Assembly (NCBI GenBank): GCA_048884785.1
Contig: JBHLQM010000002.1
Span: 71,672 to 135,671 of the forward strand
Reading direction: 5' to 3'
Source: Candidatus Thorarchaeota archaeon
GTDB lineage: Archaea > Asgardarchaeota > Thorarchaeia > Thorarchaeales > Thorarchaeaceae
Length of the DNA stretch: 64,000 bases
In this document: piece by piece, positions 19,490 to 29,763 of the stretch
How positions within the stretch are numbered: the first letter of the stretch is position 1
How the letters are laid out: each line of letters starts with the position of its first letter
The notes under the pieces: model-generated
What the model was told of the DNA's origin: nothing
Seen by the model: the letters and a program-made list of their open reading frames with translations, nothing else
The model's database searches: none
Made by a program: the position numbers and the translations under genes

Positions 19490-20275
19490 ATGTCCGAAGA
19501 GATAGTACTCTATGAGGAAATTGGAAGCGTTGCTAAAATCACAATTAATCGGCCTAGCAAATACAACGCCCTGAATGTCAGTGTTGTTAACAGAATATCT
19601 GAAATGATGAAAAAAGCTGAGAACGACCCTAGGATCAGGGTGGTTGTCCTTACTGGAGCAGGTGACAAAGCGTTTGCAGCTGGAGCTGATATTTCAGAGT
19701 TTGTTGATAAGACAGGAGAAGAAGTGAAACCGTTAGTGCAGAATGGTCAGGGTCTTTGCACCTATATAGAATCTATGTCTAAGCCTGTAGTCGCCGCCAT
19801 CAATGGATTTGCCCTAGGAGGCGGCTGCGAGATTGCCATGGCATGTGATATTCGTTATGCTTCTGCAAATGCTAGGTTCGGTCAACCAGAGATTAATCTT
19901 GGGATTATTCCGGGATACGGTGGGACAGTACGTCTACCTCGTCTCGTAGGATTAGGAATGGCGAAAGAGCTTGTATATTCGGGAGATAATATCAAAGCAG
20001 ACGAAGCACTCCGAATTGGATTGGTTAACAAGGTCTTTGCCACTATTGATGAACTTCACGCAGGAACAATGGAAATGGCAAATAAACTGGCAACAAAGCC
20101 AGGTGTAGCTTTAAAGCTAGCTAAGCAGTCCTTGAATAAGGCATGGGAAGTTCCTCTAGCAGAGAATCTTGGATTTGAAGTTGATGTATTCTGTGTGACC
20201 TTTGACACAGAGGATAAAGTTGAAGGTGTCGATGCATTTCTCAACAAACGCGAAGCCAAGTTCTCTCACAAATAA
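19490..20275 (+). CDS. Enoyl-CoA hydratase (crotonase) family
   Basis: AFAAGADI, AINGFALGGGCE, FGQPEINLGIIPGYGG; GGAGG RBS before ATG 19490. Confidence 0.93.
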   Translation: MSEEIVLYEEIGSVAKITINRPSKYNALNVSVVNRISEMMKKAENDPRIRVVVLTGAGDKAFAAGADISEFVDKTGEEVKPLVQNGQGLCTYIESMSKPVVAAINGFALGGGCEIAMACDIRYASANARFGQPEINLGIIPGYGGTVRLPRLVGLGMAKELVYSGDNIKADEALRIGLVNKVFATIDELHAGTMEMANKLATKPGVALKLAKQSLNKAWEVPLAENLGFEVDVFCVTFDTEDKVEGVDAFLNKREAKFSHK

Positions 20276-20320
20276 GTAGTCATCAGGATTCTTCTCTTGA
20301 ATTTGAGGAGAATCCCTTGC

Positions 20321-21253
20321 CTACTTGAGGTATATTGTTGTCCCATCAAAATCGATGATTCCCCTCTCTACCATATCTTCAACATGCTTGAGCAGCATAT
20401 ATTCCTCAAAGATTACATACGGTGCATATGGTATGCGCGGATAAATAGTCGGGATGCTGGCCAACTTCTCAATTGTGTCGAGTCCCTCGCCTATTGATTT
20501 TATAATCTTCTTTTCTCTAGTATCAATTACAGCAAGATAGTTCTGAAGTTTGTGGGGTATATCCTCCACCACTGGATCTATGAGGTGACTACTAATTCCT
20601 ACTTTGGGCTCAAAATCAATAACCTTCTTTATTGATTTGCGGAAATCAGAAATATTGCTCACAAGGTTTCCATACCATGGTCCAAACTGTGTAAGATCGA
20701 TGTCAACAAGAAGAAGGGTTTCATAGCCGTTAACACCGATAATGGTATGGTCATGTGTATGTCCAGGTGTGTGAATAGGAATGAGCCGTGTGTCGCCAAT
20801 GCCTATTGATTCTCCATCGGCGAAAGTCCCTGTTACTTCGTAGTCGGCAAAGACGTGAGGCATAATGGATTCTATATATTGCCTCCATACATCATAGAGT
20901 CTATGCTCCTTGATTCCATAGACCTCAACGATGCCGCCAATCGTTTCTATGCCTTTCTTTGCCAGCGGATGACAGATAATATCGCAGTTGGATTGAAGCT
21001 GAATTGATGCAGCGTGCCCTTTGTGATCAATGTGGAAATGTGTGAGGATAATCTGCTCTATATCAGCAATCGAATGTCCTAAGTCTGCAAGTGTTTTTGA
21101 AATGTTCTCAACGCTTGTACCCGCATCAACTAGTGTTAGTGGAGATTCATCAACTACAAGACTATTTGCCTCTGGAAACCTTGCTCGATTCTCTCCTCTA
21201 ACAAGGTGAACATTCGGAGCGACTTCAATATGAATGGAATAATTCGCCGACAT
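20321..21253 (-). CDS. Metallo-beta-lactamase-fold hydrolase with C-terminal wHTH
   Basis: THFHIDH, HTPGHT, SSH. ORF opens at 21304; ATG 21253 is the likely start. Confidence 0.88.
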   Translation of the reverse strand: MSANYSIHIEVAPNVHLVRGENRARFPEANSLVVDESPLTLVDAGTSVENISKTLADLGHSIADIEQIILTHFHIDHKGHAASIQLQSNCDIICHPLAKKGIETIGGIVEVYGIKEHRLYDVWRQYIESIMPHVFADYEVTGTFADGESIGIGDTRLIPIHTPGHTHDHTIIGVNGYETLLLVDIDLTQFGPWYGNLVSNISDFRKSIKKVIDFEPKVGISSHLIDPVVEDIPHKLQNYLAVIDTREKKIIKSIGEGLDTIEKLASIPTIYPRIPYAPYVIFEEYMLLKHVEDMVERGIIDFDGTTIYLK

Positions 21254-21365
21254 TGCTAATGCGATTATTGGATGGGTTTGATAACTGTGTCGGGGGAAAT
21301 CCAATTAAGATGGATGGAGATTCATTTTGGACAATGGTCAGAAAAAAAGTCGCTACCATGAATAG

Positions 21366-22832
21366 GTGATGAGATTGAGCAGTCGTATCTTTGCAGTATT
21401 TGATATTGGAACCACCGGAGCTAGGTCAGTCCTTGTCGATGAAGAGGGGAGAGAGCTGTCTAAGGCATACGAAGAGTATCCTCCAATACCTCGAGAGCTT
21501 AATATTCACGAACAACTTTCTGATACCTTTTGGCGTACTGCCTGCAATACAATGCAAAGAGCAATCACGTCACTAGATGCAGGAGCAGATGCTATTTCAG
21601 GCGTCATCGTCGCCACAACAAGAGATTGTCTCACTCCTGTTGACAAAATGGGCAACCCTTTGGGACCCACAGTCACATGGGTCGACAACAGGTCCACTGC
21701 AAAAAGCAAGGAGATGATGGCAGAAATAGGACCAAGAAAGAGCTGCAACAAACTCATGTGGTTTATTGAGAACAAACCCACCCTCTTTGCCAAAGCATAC
21801 AAGTTCATCCATCTTGATGCTTTCATTAATAACAGACTGTGTGGGGAAATGGTCAGCGAACCAGCAAACGCGCGATATGGTCCAATTGATCATGAAACAC
21901 TTCAGTGGTCTGAGGAGCTCTGCCAAGCAACAGGCATTCCTATTGAGAAACTCGTTGAGATTGTTTCTCCGGGGCAAATCATTGGAGAGATCTCCAAAGA
22001 AGCAGCCAAGGTGACAGCACTACGTTCAGGAACCCCAGTGATAATGGGAAGCGGTGACCAGCAGTGTTCAGCATTAGGAACTGGTACAATTAAGACTGGG
22101 CTCGTGAAAGCAACTACCGGCACTGGGACATTTGTGATTACTCACACAGAGGAACACATCGAGGACCCCTATGTTATGTTCTCGAATCCTTCAGCAATGC
22201 CTGGAAAATGGATTCTTGAAGGTGCCATTCCCGGAACCGGCCTTGCCTATAAGTGGTACCGAGACAATTACTGTGAATCAGAAATTGCACAAGCGGCTAA
22301 ATCCAACAGAGATGTCTATGATTTGATCGAATCTTCTGCTGCATCCGTCCCTGCAGGTAGTGATGGTCTCGTTGTGTTTCCTTTCATGGCATACAACAAA
22401 GGCATTTTCTATAACCTTGGCTTCAGACATACCAAAGGGCATGTTGCTAGGGCAATCATGGAAGCAAATGGATTGGGTATACGCATGTATATAGAGATGC
22501 TTGAGGGAATGCTTGATGTTGAATTCGAAGAAATGAGAATTGATGGCGGAGGCTCGAATTCCCCATTGTGGAGGCAGATTCAGGCCGATTGTACGAATAA
22601 GACAGTTCTTCTTCCAAAATCAAAGGACTCGACTGCCATTGGAGCAGCAATGCTAGGAACGGTAGGCACAGGAATCTATGGCGATTTTGAGGAGGCGGTA
22701 TCGAATATGTTTCAAGTTCAAGAGCGACGAAAGCCCATACCTGAGAATTATGATGTCTACACACAACTATACACTGTCTTCAACCAATTGCTAATAGCTG
22801 AACTACCTGCATTAATTGAACTAACATCATAG
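21366..22832 (+). CDS. FGGY-family carbohydrate/polyol kinase (glycerol-kinase-like)
   Basis: DIGTTGAR, TWVDNRS, GSGDQQ, TTGTG, DGGGSNS..WRQIQAD. Confidence 0.9.
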   Translation: MMRLSSRIFAVFDIGTTGARSVLVDEEGRELSKAYEEYPPIPRELNIHEQLSDTFWRTACNTMQRAITSLDAGADAISGVIVATTRDCLTPVDKMGNPLGPTVTWVDNRSTAKSKEMMAEIGPRKSCNKLMWFIENKPTLFAKAYKFIHLDAFINNRLCGEMVSEPANARYGPIDHETLQWSEELCQATGIPIEKLVEIVSPGQIIGEISKEAAKVTALRSGTPVIMGSGDQQCSALGTGTIKTGLVKATTGTGTFVITHTEEHIEDPYVMFSNPSAMPGKWILEGAIPGTGLAYKWYRDNYCESEIAQAAKSNRDVYDLIESSAASVPAGSDGLVVFPFMAYNKGIFYNLGFRHTKGHVARAIMEANGLGIRMYIEMLEGMLDVEFEEMRIDGGGSNSPLWRQIQADCTNKTVLLPKSKDSTAIGAAMLGTVGTGIYGDFEEAVSNMFQVQERRKPIPENYDVYTQLYTVFNQLLIAELPALIELTS

Positions 22833-22926
22833 GAAATGAATCCGAAAGCCTTCTATTGTCCTTGGTACTGAGTTCCCTTGTTCAGTCTAAAACAGAAAGG
22901 CCGAACTCATAGGAGATATCATCCCT

Positions 22927-24582
22927 TTGACAGAGTATGAAGTTATTGTCATAGGTGGCGGCAGTACAGGAACTGCAGTGGCTAGAGATTGCGCAATGCG
23001 CGGAATGAGTACATTGCTACTTGAACGAGATGATATTGCATCAGGCACAGCTGGGACCTCTGCAGGCATGATAAGCTCAGGTTTCAAGTATTATAGCGAA
23101 CCAGAGGTTATGGATATCTGCTCACATGAAGTCATGCATCTGCGGCATATTGCCCGACATATTGCAGCCAAACTACCAATTCTCTTCCCAATAATGGATC
23201 TTGGTGAGCTCGGATCAGCCAGAGGTGGGATGATGGAATATGAAAAGCGAGTAAAAGAACGAGGTGTCCCACCTTTCTTGATTCTTACACCTGAAGACTC
23301 TCGGATGATTGAACCAATGTTGCACCCTGATATAATTGCGAGTGGGTATATTGAAGAGTTTTTCATTGATCCTTTCCGGCTCTGTATTCTGCAAGCAAAA
23401 GACGCCCAAGGACATGGTGCTGACATTCGGACATATTGCGAAGTTCTGGAAATCAATAGGGCGAATGGGAGAGTTGAGGGTGTTACATACTTCAATAGAT
23501 TGACTGGCACAGTTGAAACCGCCAAATGCAAGGTCCTGGTAAATGCGGGTGGTCCTTGGGCCGATAGAATTGCTAAGCAGGCTGGACTTGATTTTGAATT
23601 GCGTCTAAACAAAGGCGCCCATATCATTCTTGACCGGCGTGTTGTAAATGTTGGAATTTCAACAAGGGCAGTAGATCGAAGATGGGCATACATGTTTCCA
23701 CATGAAAACACCACTCTTATTGGTACTACGGCACTTGATACATGGGAAGACCCGGATCAGCTGACTACTACTCAAGATGAGATTGAATATCTTCTGAAAA
23801 GCCTAGAATTTGTTATTCCTTCTATTCGAGATGCGAGGATAATTCGTACAATGGAAGGCGTGCGTCCTATGGCTCCAATTTGGAAGGTGCCAGAGGATGA
23901 GGTTACTCGAGGATATGAAATAGTTGATCACGAGAAAGATGGTATAGATGGTTTTCTCTCATTTATCGGCGGCAAACTTGTAATGTGTCGCCACATGGCA
24001 GAAAGCGTCACAGACATGGTCGCCAAGAAACTTGGTAACACCTCTCCATGCAGAACACACTTGGAACCTCTCCCTGGGAACGAGGATGACATCGATGTCC
24101 TTTCGATTGCTAATGAATTTGGTATTTCGCAGCATGCAATTGAGCGATTACGGGCAAGACGAGGTACTGAGATAGGAGAGATTCTCAAGTTGACCAACGA
24201 CCATCCTTCATGGAAGTCGAACGTATGTACATGTGAACCTGTAATAGAAGCCGAGCTTAGATACGCGATTCGCAACGAATTTCCGCAGACTCTGAACGAC
24301 TTAAGACGACGTGTTAGGCTTGGCACAGGTCCTTGTCAAGGCACATTCTGCACATACAAAGCCGCTTCAATCATGGCAGAAGAGATGGAACTCAACGGAC
24401 GGCAATTTCAGAATGATATCATGGATTTCCTGTCTGAAAGATGGAAAGGAAAACGTCCGCCCATTCGAGGTATTGCACTTGCTCAAGAAGAACTTGTTCA
24501 AGGGATCTATGCATGTGTAGCAAATTTGGACCACACGAATATAGACTATGAACCTAAGCCTTGGGAGGACGCCTCTAAATGA
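22927..24582 (+). CDS. glpA: Anaerobic glycerol-3-phosphate dehydrogenase subunit A
   Basis: IGGGSTG, DCAMRG, VNAGGPWA, GVRP, GGKL, C-terminal BFD-like CxCE...RLGTGPCQGTFC. Confidence 0.9.
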   Translation: MTEYEVIVIGGGSTGTAVARDCAMRGMSTLLLERDDIASGTAGTSAGMISSGFKYYSEPEVMDICSHEVMHLRHIARHIAAKLPILFPIMDLGELGSARGGMMEYEKRVKERGVPPFLILTPEDSRMIEPMLHPDIIASGYIEEFFIDPFRLCILQAKDAQGHGADIRTYCEVLEINRANGRVEGVTYFNRLTGTVETAKCKVLVNAGGPWADRIAKQAGLDFELRLNKGAHIILDRRVVNVGISTRAVDRRWAYMFPHENTTLIGTTALDTWEDPDQLTTTQDEIEYLLKSLEFVIPSIRDARIIRTMEGVRPMAPIWKVPEDEVTRGYEIVDHEKDGIDGFLSFIGGKLVMCRHMAESVTDMVAKKLGNTSPCRTHLEPLPGNEDDIDVLSIANEFGISQHAIERLRARRGTEIGEILKLTNDHPSWKSNVCTCEPVIEAELRYAIRNEFPQTLNDLRRRVRLGTGPCQGTFCTYKAASIMAEEMELNGRQFQNDIMDFLSERWKGKRPPIRGIALAQEELVQGIYACVANLDHTNIDYEPKPWEDASK

Positions 24583-25946
24583 ATCTTGAAACAGATGTAC
24601 TCGTAGTAGGAGGAGGAATGGCAGGGCTAGTTGCTGGCATAACTGCGTTACAGGAAGGAGCAAAGAGTATTGTTGTTCGCAAAGGTCAAGGAGCTACTGC
24701 AGACTCATCAGGTGCCATAGATGTTGCAGGGTATCTTCCTGGCGGTGAGGCACCATTTATCTCTCCTATTGAGGGTCTATCTGCATACGCGTCATTGCTT
24801 CCTTTTCATCCATACACAATTCTTGGCCGTACTGAATTTGGAGAAACAGATATCGAATTAATCGTTGATATTGTTCGCGAGGCTATCGATTGGCTCAAGA
24901 ATAGTTTAGATAATTCTCACTCCTCTCTTATTGGATCGATTGACTCCAACATTGGTGCTCTATCCATCCTAGGTACTTGGAAACCTACGTGCCTTCTTCA
25001 GAAAACAATGCACACCGAGCATCTTGGGAATGAAGACGAAGTGCTTCTTTTTGCCGGAATTGCGGGTATGCCTAGTTTCGTTCCTTCATCCACAGCCAAG
25101 TCATTCATTGATTTGGTAATGTCTAGCGGAATTGGTACAAGAAAAGTTGTCCATACCATCATGGAAGATTTGAGCATTTCAAAACAGCCAAACCTCACAG
25201 AAATTGATGTGGCACGATTCATCGAAACCGAAGCAGGTCTCTTAGAAACTGCAAAATCATTGAAAAACCACGTTCAGAAATCGGGTGCAAGTCTTGTCGC
25301 TATTCCTGCAGTCATGGGAGTAGAAAATCCGCAAAAGGTGCGAGAATACCTGGAGAACGAAATCGGTGCAGAAGTATTCGAGCTGATTTCGTTTCCCCCT
25401 TCTGTTCCGGGATATCGCCTGCAGCGGTCGCTAGAATCATTATTTGAACGAGCAGGTGGCAAGCTAATGATGGGATACCAAGCATCTAGTTTTGAAAAAG
25501 AGGGTACAATCATATCATCAATACATCTGAAAGGACCTAGGAGAACAATCGAGGTCGAAACGAAATCTGTTGTTCTTTGCACGGGTAAATTCATCGGACA
25601 GGGTCTCATCAGCCAGAGGATGGGTATTGAAGAGTGCCTATTTGGTTTGCCAGTTTTTGATTCAGATCATATACCAGTCAAAGATACACGCCCAGAGAAG
25701 ATGACAAATGTACTCTCTATTCAAAAAGAAGGCCATACCCTCTTTGGATGTGGAATCGGATATGACTCATCTCTCAAACCTATTGATTCCAATGGCAATG
25801 TTTACGCATCGAACCTTCATGCTGCAGGCTCCATTCTTTCTGGGTACAATTATACGGCTGAGAAGAGCGGCTTAGGCGTTGCCTTGACGACTGGGAGAGT
25901 AGCAGGCAAACGAGCCGCTGGGGCTCAAAAGGAGGTGCCTTCATGA
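24579..25946 (+). CDS. glpB: Anaerobic glycerol-3-phosphate dehydrogenase subunit B
   Basis: VGGGMAG, SSGAID, PPSVPGYRL, LCTGKFIGQGL, SGLGVALTTG; overlaps glpA (ATGA-type coupling). Confidence 0.9.
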   Translation: MNLETDVLVVGGGMAGLVAGITALQEGAKSIVVRKGQGATADSSGAIDVAGYLPGGEAPFISPIEGLSAYASLLPFHPYTILGRTEFGETDIELIVDIVREAIDWLKNSLDNSHSSLIGSIDSNIGALSILGTWKPTCLLQKTMHTEHLGNEDEVLLFAGIAGMPSFVPSSTAKSFIDLVMSSGIGTRKVVHTIMEDLSISKQPNLTEIDVARFIETEAGLLETAKSLKNHVQKSGASLVAIPAVMGVENPQKVREYLENEIGAEVFELISFPPSVPGYRLQRSLESLFERAGGKLMMGYQASSFEKEGTIISSIHLKGPRRTIEVETKSVVLCTGKFIGQGLISQRMGIEECLFGLPVFDSDHIPVKDTRPEKMTNVLSIQKEGHTLFGCGIGYDSSLKPIDSNGNVYASNLHAAGSILSGYNYTAEKSGLGVALTTGRVAGKRAAGAQKEVPS

Positions 25947-27181
25947 CAGAAGAAGAAAACTATGAATATGTCAAAGAAACGCTAAAAGAGGAGTATATAG
26001 TTTCCTTCAAAAGCGAAGACCTTCACATCATCAAAAGCATTGAATCTTGTATAAACTGTGGAATTTGCTTATACCATTGCCCAGTTATTAGGGCTGTAGG
26101 GGTGCATCGCTTCACTGGTCCTAGAGGTATCGCGGTTGAATTGAGTCGCTCCCCGCCGGAATACTGGTCTTCTGCTGATAGAATCTATCTTTGCACTGGT
26201 TGTGGAACATGTCGTGAGGTTTGCCCCAATAATGTCAACATTCCTGAGATAGTCCATCTCATTCGTGCCAGAATCTTCATTCAGAAACCAGCTTTGGTGC
26301 CAACCAGTTTGAAGAGTCAGGTTGAAATTCTTCGAGAACATGACCTCGCATTTGAACCGTGGGATGACCCTCAAGAAAAGATAGACAGTCGCCTTATGCG
26401 TCTGCAACGTTTTGGCTTACCTATTATTGAGGATCGAACAGTTTCTGGAGCAGATGTCTTATTCTATCCTGGCTGCCAGGCTGAAGAGCGTGCTCAGGAA
26501 GTTCGAGAAGCTGCTAAGACCATATTTGAATACTTCAATATTCAGTATACGCTCCTTGATGAGATGAGCTGTTGCGGATTGCCATCCGCTCTTGCCGGAG
26601 ACCATGAAAAAACCGAAGATCTCACCAAAAAACTAAGAAAAAAGGTTGATAGTCTCCGGGTAAAGAAGATTGTCACAACATGCGCTGGGTGCACTTCAAA
26701 TTTAGGTGGGATTGCCGAAAGAGAGAATTGGGGCATTCCTGTTCTACATATGCTGGAATATCTTGTTGAGGAAATTGGGATTGAAGCACTGTCTTCTTCC
26801 TTCAAAAAGAAGACCAAATCAGATCCTGTTACTGTTACGGTGCATGACCCCTGCCACCTAATTCGACACACTTCACGTCAGGTAATGGACTATGCGGATT
26901 TGATCCTGAAAGCCATCCCCTCTGTTCAAGTGAACAGGTCGTCACTTCATGATTCATGTTGTGGCGGCGGAGGTCTTGTAGGCAGACATTCTCCAGATGT
27001 AGCTAGAGGCATTGTGAAGGAAAATGTGAGGGCAATTTCATCAACAGGAGCGCATCGTGTAGTAACACCATGTCCGTTATGTACCGCCCAGCTAGAAGAG
27101 AATCTTCACAGGCAGGGCAGCAGCATTGAGGTAGATGATTTGACCGTCTTTATAGCTCAGTCACTTTCGCAGGAGGAGTAA
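25943..27181 (+). CDS. glpC: GlpC-type Fe-S protein (2x[4Fe-4S] plus two CCG domains)
   Basis: CINCGICLYHCP, CTGCGTCREVCP, CCG, TCAGC, HDPCH, CCGGGG, CPLC. Confidence 0.82.
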   Translation: MTEEENYEYVKETLKEEYIVSFKSEDLHIIKSIESCINCGICLYHCPVIRAVGVHRFTGPRGIAVELSRSPPEYWSSADRIYLCTGCGTCREVCPNNVNIPEIVHLIRARIFIQKPALVPTSLKSQVEILREHDLAFEPWDDPQEKIDSRLMRLQRFGLPIIEDRTVSGADVLFYPGCQAEERAQEVREAAKTIFEYFNIQYTLLDEMSCCGLPSALAGDHEKTEDLTKKLRKKVDSLRVKKIVTTCAGCTSNLGGIAERENWGIPVLHMLEYLVEEIGIEALSSSFKKKTKSDPVTVTVHDPCHLIRHTSRQVMDYADLILKAIPSVQVNRSSLHDSCCGGGGLVGRHSPDVARGIVKENVRAISSTGAHRVVTPCPLCTAQLEENLHRQGSSIEVDDLTVFIAQSLSQEE

Positions 27182-27185
27182 AGAT

Positions 27186-28613
27186 ATGCTTGATGCAAAA
27201 GCTAGGAATCTCTTGGCCAAGAAAATTGCCAAAGTAATTGGCGATGAGTATGTTACAATTCAGGAAACTGATGCTATCCTGCATGCTCATGATGCATGGC
27301 CATTAAGTCTGGCAAAGATACGGGCTGGCGAGGTGCTTGCGCTTGCAGATATAGTCGCATTCCCCACAAGCACTGAAGAGGTTTCGAGAATTCTCCATCT
27401 CTGCAATGAATCCAAAGTCCCAGTTGTTCCTGTAGGTGGCGGTGCTGGTTCTTGCGGCGGTAGTCTTCCTATCTATGGCGGAGTACAGCTTGACCTCAAG
27501 AGAATGGATAGAATCCTCCATGTTGATCACGAATCATTGCTTGTCAAGGTTGAGGCAGGAGTTGTAGGCATTGACTTGGAAGAATCGCTGAATAGATTTG
27601 GGTATACAATGGGGCACACTCCAACGTCATTAAGGGCCTCAAACATTGGTGGTTTCATCGCTACGCGATCGGGTGGCTCGATGTCATCTTTGTATGGCAA
27701 GATCGAAGATTTAACACTGGGGATTCAAGTTGTTCTTCCTGATGGAACTGTGATAGAAACAAAAGCAGTTCCAAGACATTCAGTTGGCCCAGATTTGAAA
27801 CAGCTATTCATAGGATCTGAAGGCACACTTGGAGTCATTACTGAAGCCACCCTACGGATTTTTCCTCTACCCGAGGAACGTCGATTTCGGAGCATGAGTT
27901 TTCCCAGCGTCCACACAGGATTGGAAGCAATTCGAGAAATATTCCGTGTGGGGATTCAGCCCTCAATTGTAAGATTATATGATCCAATAGACACCGCCAT
28001 ATCAATGGGCTCTGACTTTGAAATTGAAGAAGAATCATGCATGCTATTGCTTGCTTTTGATGGCTCCCTAAAGCAAGTAGATCTCGATGAGGAGGTTTCT
28101 GTTAACATATGTCTATCTCATGGTGCTCAAGATTATGGGGATGGTCCCTCAAGGAGATGGTGGGAGCATCGGTATGACATGTACTATCCGACCAAATTCA
28201 CAACCGCGGGCTATTCAATTGGTGATACAATTGATATTGTAGCCACATATGACAAGCTAGAGAATGTCTACCATGGCATGAAGGAGGCTATGGAAAGCGA
28301 AGGAGCAATTGTGCTATCCCATTTCTCACATATGTATCAGAATGGGGGGAGCATCTACATGATTTTCTTTTCTTCTCAGCCCGATGCAGAGAGTGCTTGG
28401 GAAACCTATCGCCGCATATGGGACAGAGGCATTGAAGCGTGTTTGAAGGAAGGTGGTATGATGAGCCATCAGCATGGTGTGGGTCTCTCTAGGAGCACTT
28501 ATACTGAATCTGAGCTGGGATCAGGATTCGAAGTGCTAAGGGTGATTAAAGATGTACTCGATCCGCATGGTATTATGAATCCTGGAAAACTCGGGCTGGG
28601 GGTAAGGAAATGA
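27186..28613 (+). CDS. VAO/PCMH-type FAD-binding oxidoreductase, alkyl-DHAP synthase (AGPS)-like clade
   Basis: GHTPTS...IGGFIATRSGG..S.LYGKIED, GPDLKQLFIGSEGTLG, SHFSHMY...SIY, GGMMSHQHGVG, DPHGIMNPGKL. Confidence 0.85.
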   Translation: MLDAKARNLLAKKIAKVIGDEYVTIQETDAILHAHDAWPLSLAKIRAGEVLALADIVAFPTSTEEVSRILHLCNESKVPVVPVGGGAGSCGGSLPIYGGVQLDLKRMDRILHVDHESLLVKVEAGVVGIDLEESLNRFGYTMGHTPTSLRASNIGGFIATRSGGSMSSLYGKIEDLTLGIQVVLPDGTVIETKAVPRHSVGPDLKQLFIGSEGTLGVITEATLRIFPLPEERRFRSMSFPSVHTGLEAIREIFRVGIQPSIVRLYDPIDTAISMGSDFEIEEESCMLLLAFDGSLKQVDLDEEVSVNICLSHGAQDYGDGPSRRWWEHRYDMYYPTKFTTAGYSIGDTIDIVATYDKLENVYHGMKEAMESEGAIVLSHFSHMYQNGGSIYMIFFSSQPDAESAWETYRRIWDRGIEACLKEGGMMSHQHGVGLSRSTYTESELGSGFEVLRVIKDVLDPHGIMNPGKLGLGVRK

Positions 28614-29734
28614 TGGATTCAGAAACCCAAGCTGAGCAAGTACGAATGTGTGCCTCATGCCCTAAGATGTGCCGTCATATATGCCCGACATTCAATGCAT
28701 GGAGGTCTGATTCTCCAACACCCCATGGCAGAGCCCTGCTACTTCATTATGAGAACATTGGAACTCGTAAATTGGATAAACGTGCAATCGAAGTCCTCTA
28801 TCAATGTCTGGAGTGCAGTCATTGTCTGACCTGGTGTGTGCCGGGAATAGACATTGCATCTATCATTGAATCTGCACGAACTCGCATTGTATCTCAAAAT
28901 CGACATCCCAAAGAACTTGATAGAATGAGGGATTCTATCATTAATAGTCATAATCCATTTGATGAGCCGCATGCCAATCGGAATTCTTGGTTTCATCCAA
29001 AAAGGAAAGGCGTCAAGAGTATCATCTATTTCTCAGGTTGCACAGCATCATATAGAGAGCAAAGCATCGCCAAAGACACCGTGGAGTTGCTTGAGTTTCT
29101 CGATTATAGGGTTAACTTATCTCCTGACGAGTTTTGCTGTGGGTCCCCATTATTCAGAACAGGATTTGACAAAGATGCTCGTTCTCAGGCCGAGCATAAT
29201 GTAAAGGTATTGAATTCCATGGATGGGGATATTATTGTCGCAACTTGTCCTGGATGCTATCGAGCCCTCGTAGATGATTATTCTCTTCTAGGATTCGACT
29301 TGAATAAGCCTGTAGAACACATTAGTCAACTGCTTGATCATGAACTTCAAGACACCAAAGATCTCATGCCCGGAAAACGAATTACTTACCATGACCCTTG
29401 CCATCTTGGACGGCATAGAGGAGAGTACGAAGCACCTCGGAGTGTTATCAAAAAGATCACCGGGCATGAACCTATTGAAATGGAACGGAATAGAGATAAT
29501 GCCACCTGCTGTGGAAATGGAGCTGGACTTCGAACGCTTTTTCCTGAATATGCACAAAAGATTGGAAGTTCACGTCTTCAGGATGCCAGACAAATAGAAG
29601 CCGAATTAATCGTCACAGCGTGTCCATTCTGCAAGAACATGCTTGAGAAGGAATCAAAGGAACAAATAGAAGTGCTGGATTTGCCCGAGCTAGTGCTTGG
29701 AATATTAAAGAGCCGCGAGGCAAAACATGATTAG
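28610..29734 (+). CDS. Fe-S oxidoreductase with CCG domains (GlcF/HdrD-like)
   Basis: CASCPKMCRHICP, CLECSHC...C, CCG, TCPGC, HDPCHLGR, CCG, CPFC. Confidence 0.88.
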   Translation: MMDSETQAEQVRMCASCPKMCRHICPTFNAWRSDSPTPHGRALLLHYENIGTRKLDKRAIEVLYQCLECSHCLTWCVPGIDIASIIESARTRIVSQNRHPKELDRMRDSIINSHNPFDEPHANRNSWFHPKRKGVKSIIYFSGCTASYREQSIAKDTVELLEFLDYRVNLSPDEFCCGSPLFRTGFDKDARSQAEHNVKVLNSMDGDIIVATCPGCYRALVDDYSLLGFDLNKPVEHISQLLDHELQDTKDLMPGKRITYHDPCHLGRHRGEYEAPRSVIKKITGHEPIEMERNRDNATCCGNGAGLRTLFPEYAQKIGSSRLQDARQIEAELIVTACPFCKNMLEKESKEQIEVLDLPELVLGILKSREAKHD

Positions 29735-29763
29735 GAAATACGGTTCAATCCGCGAGATGCAAA

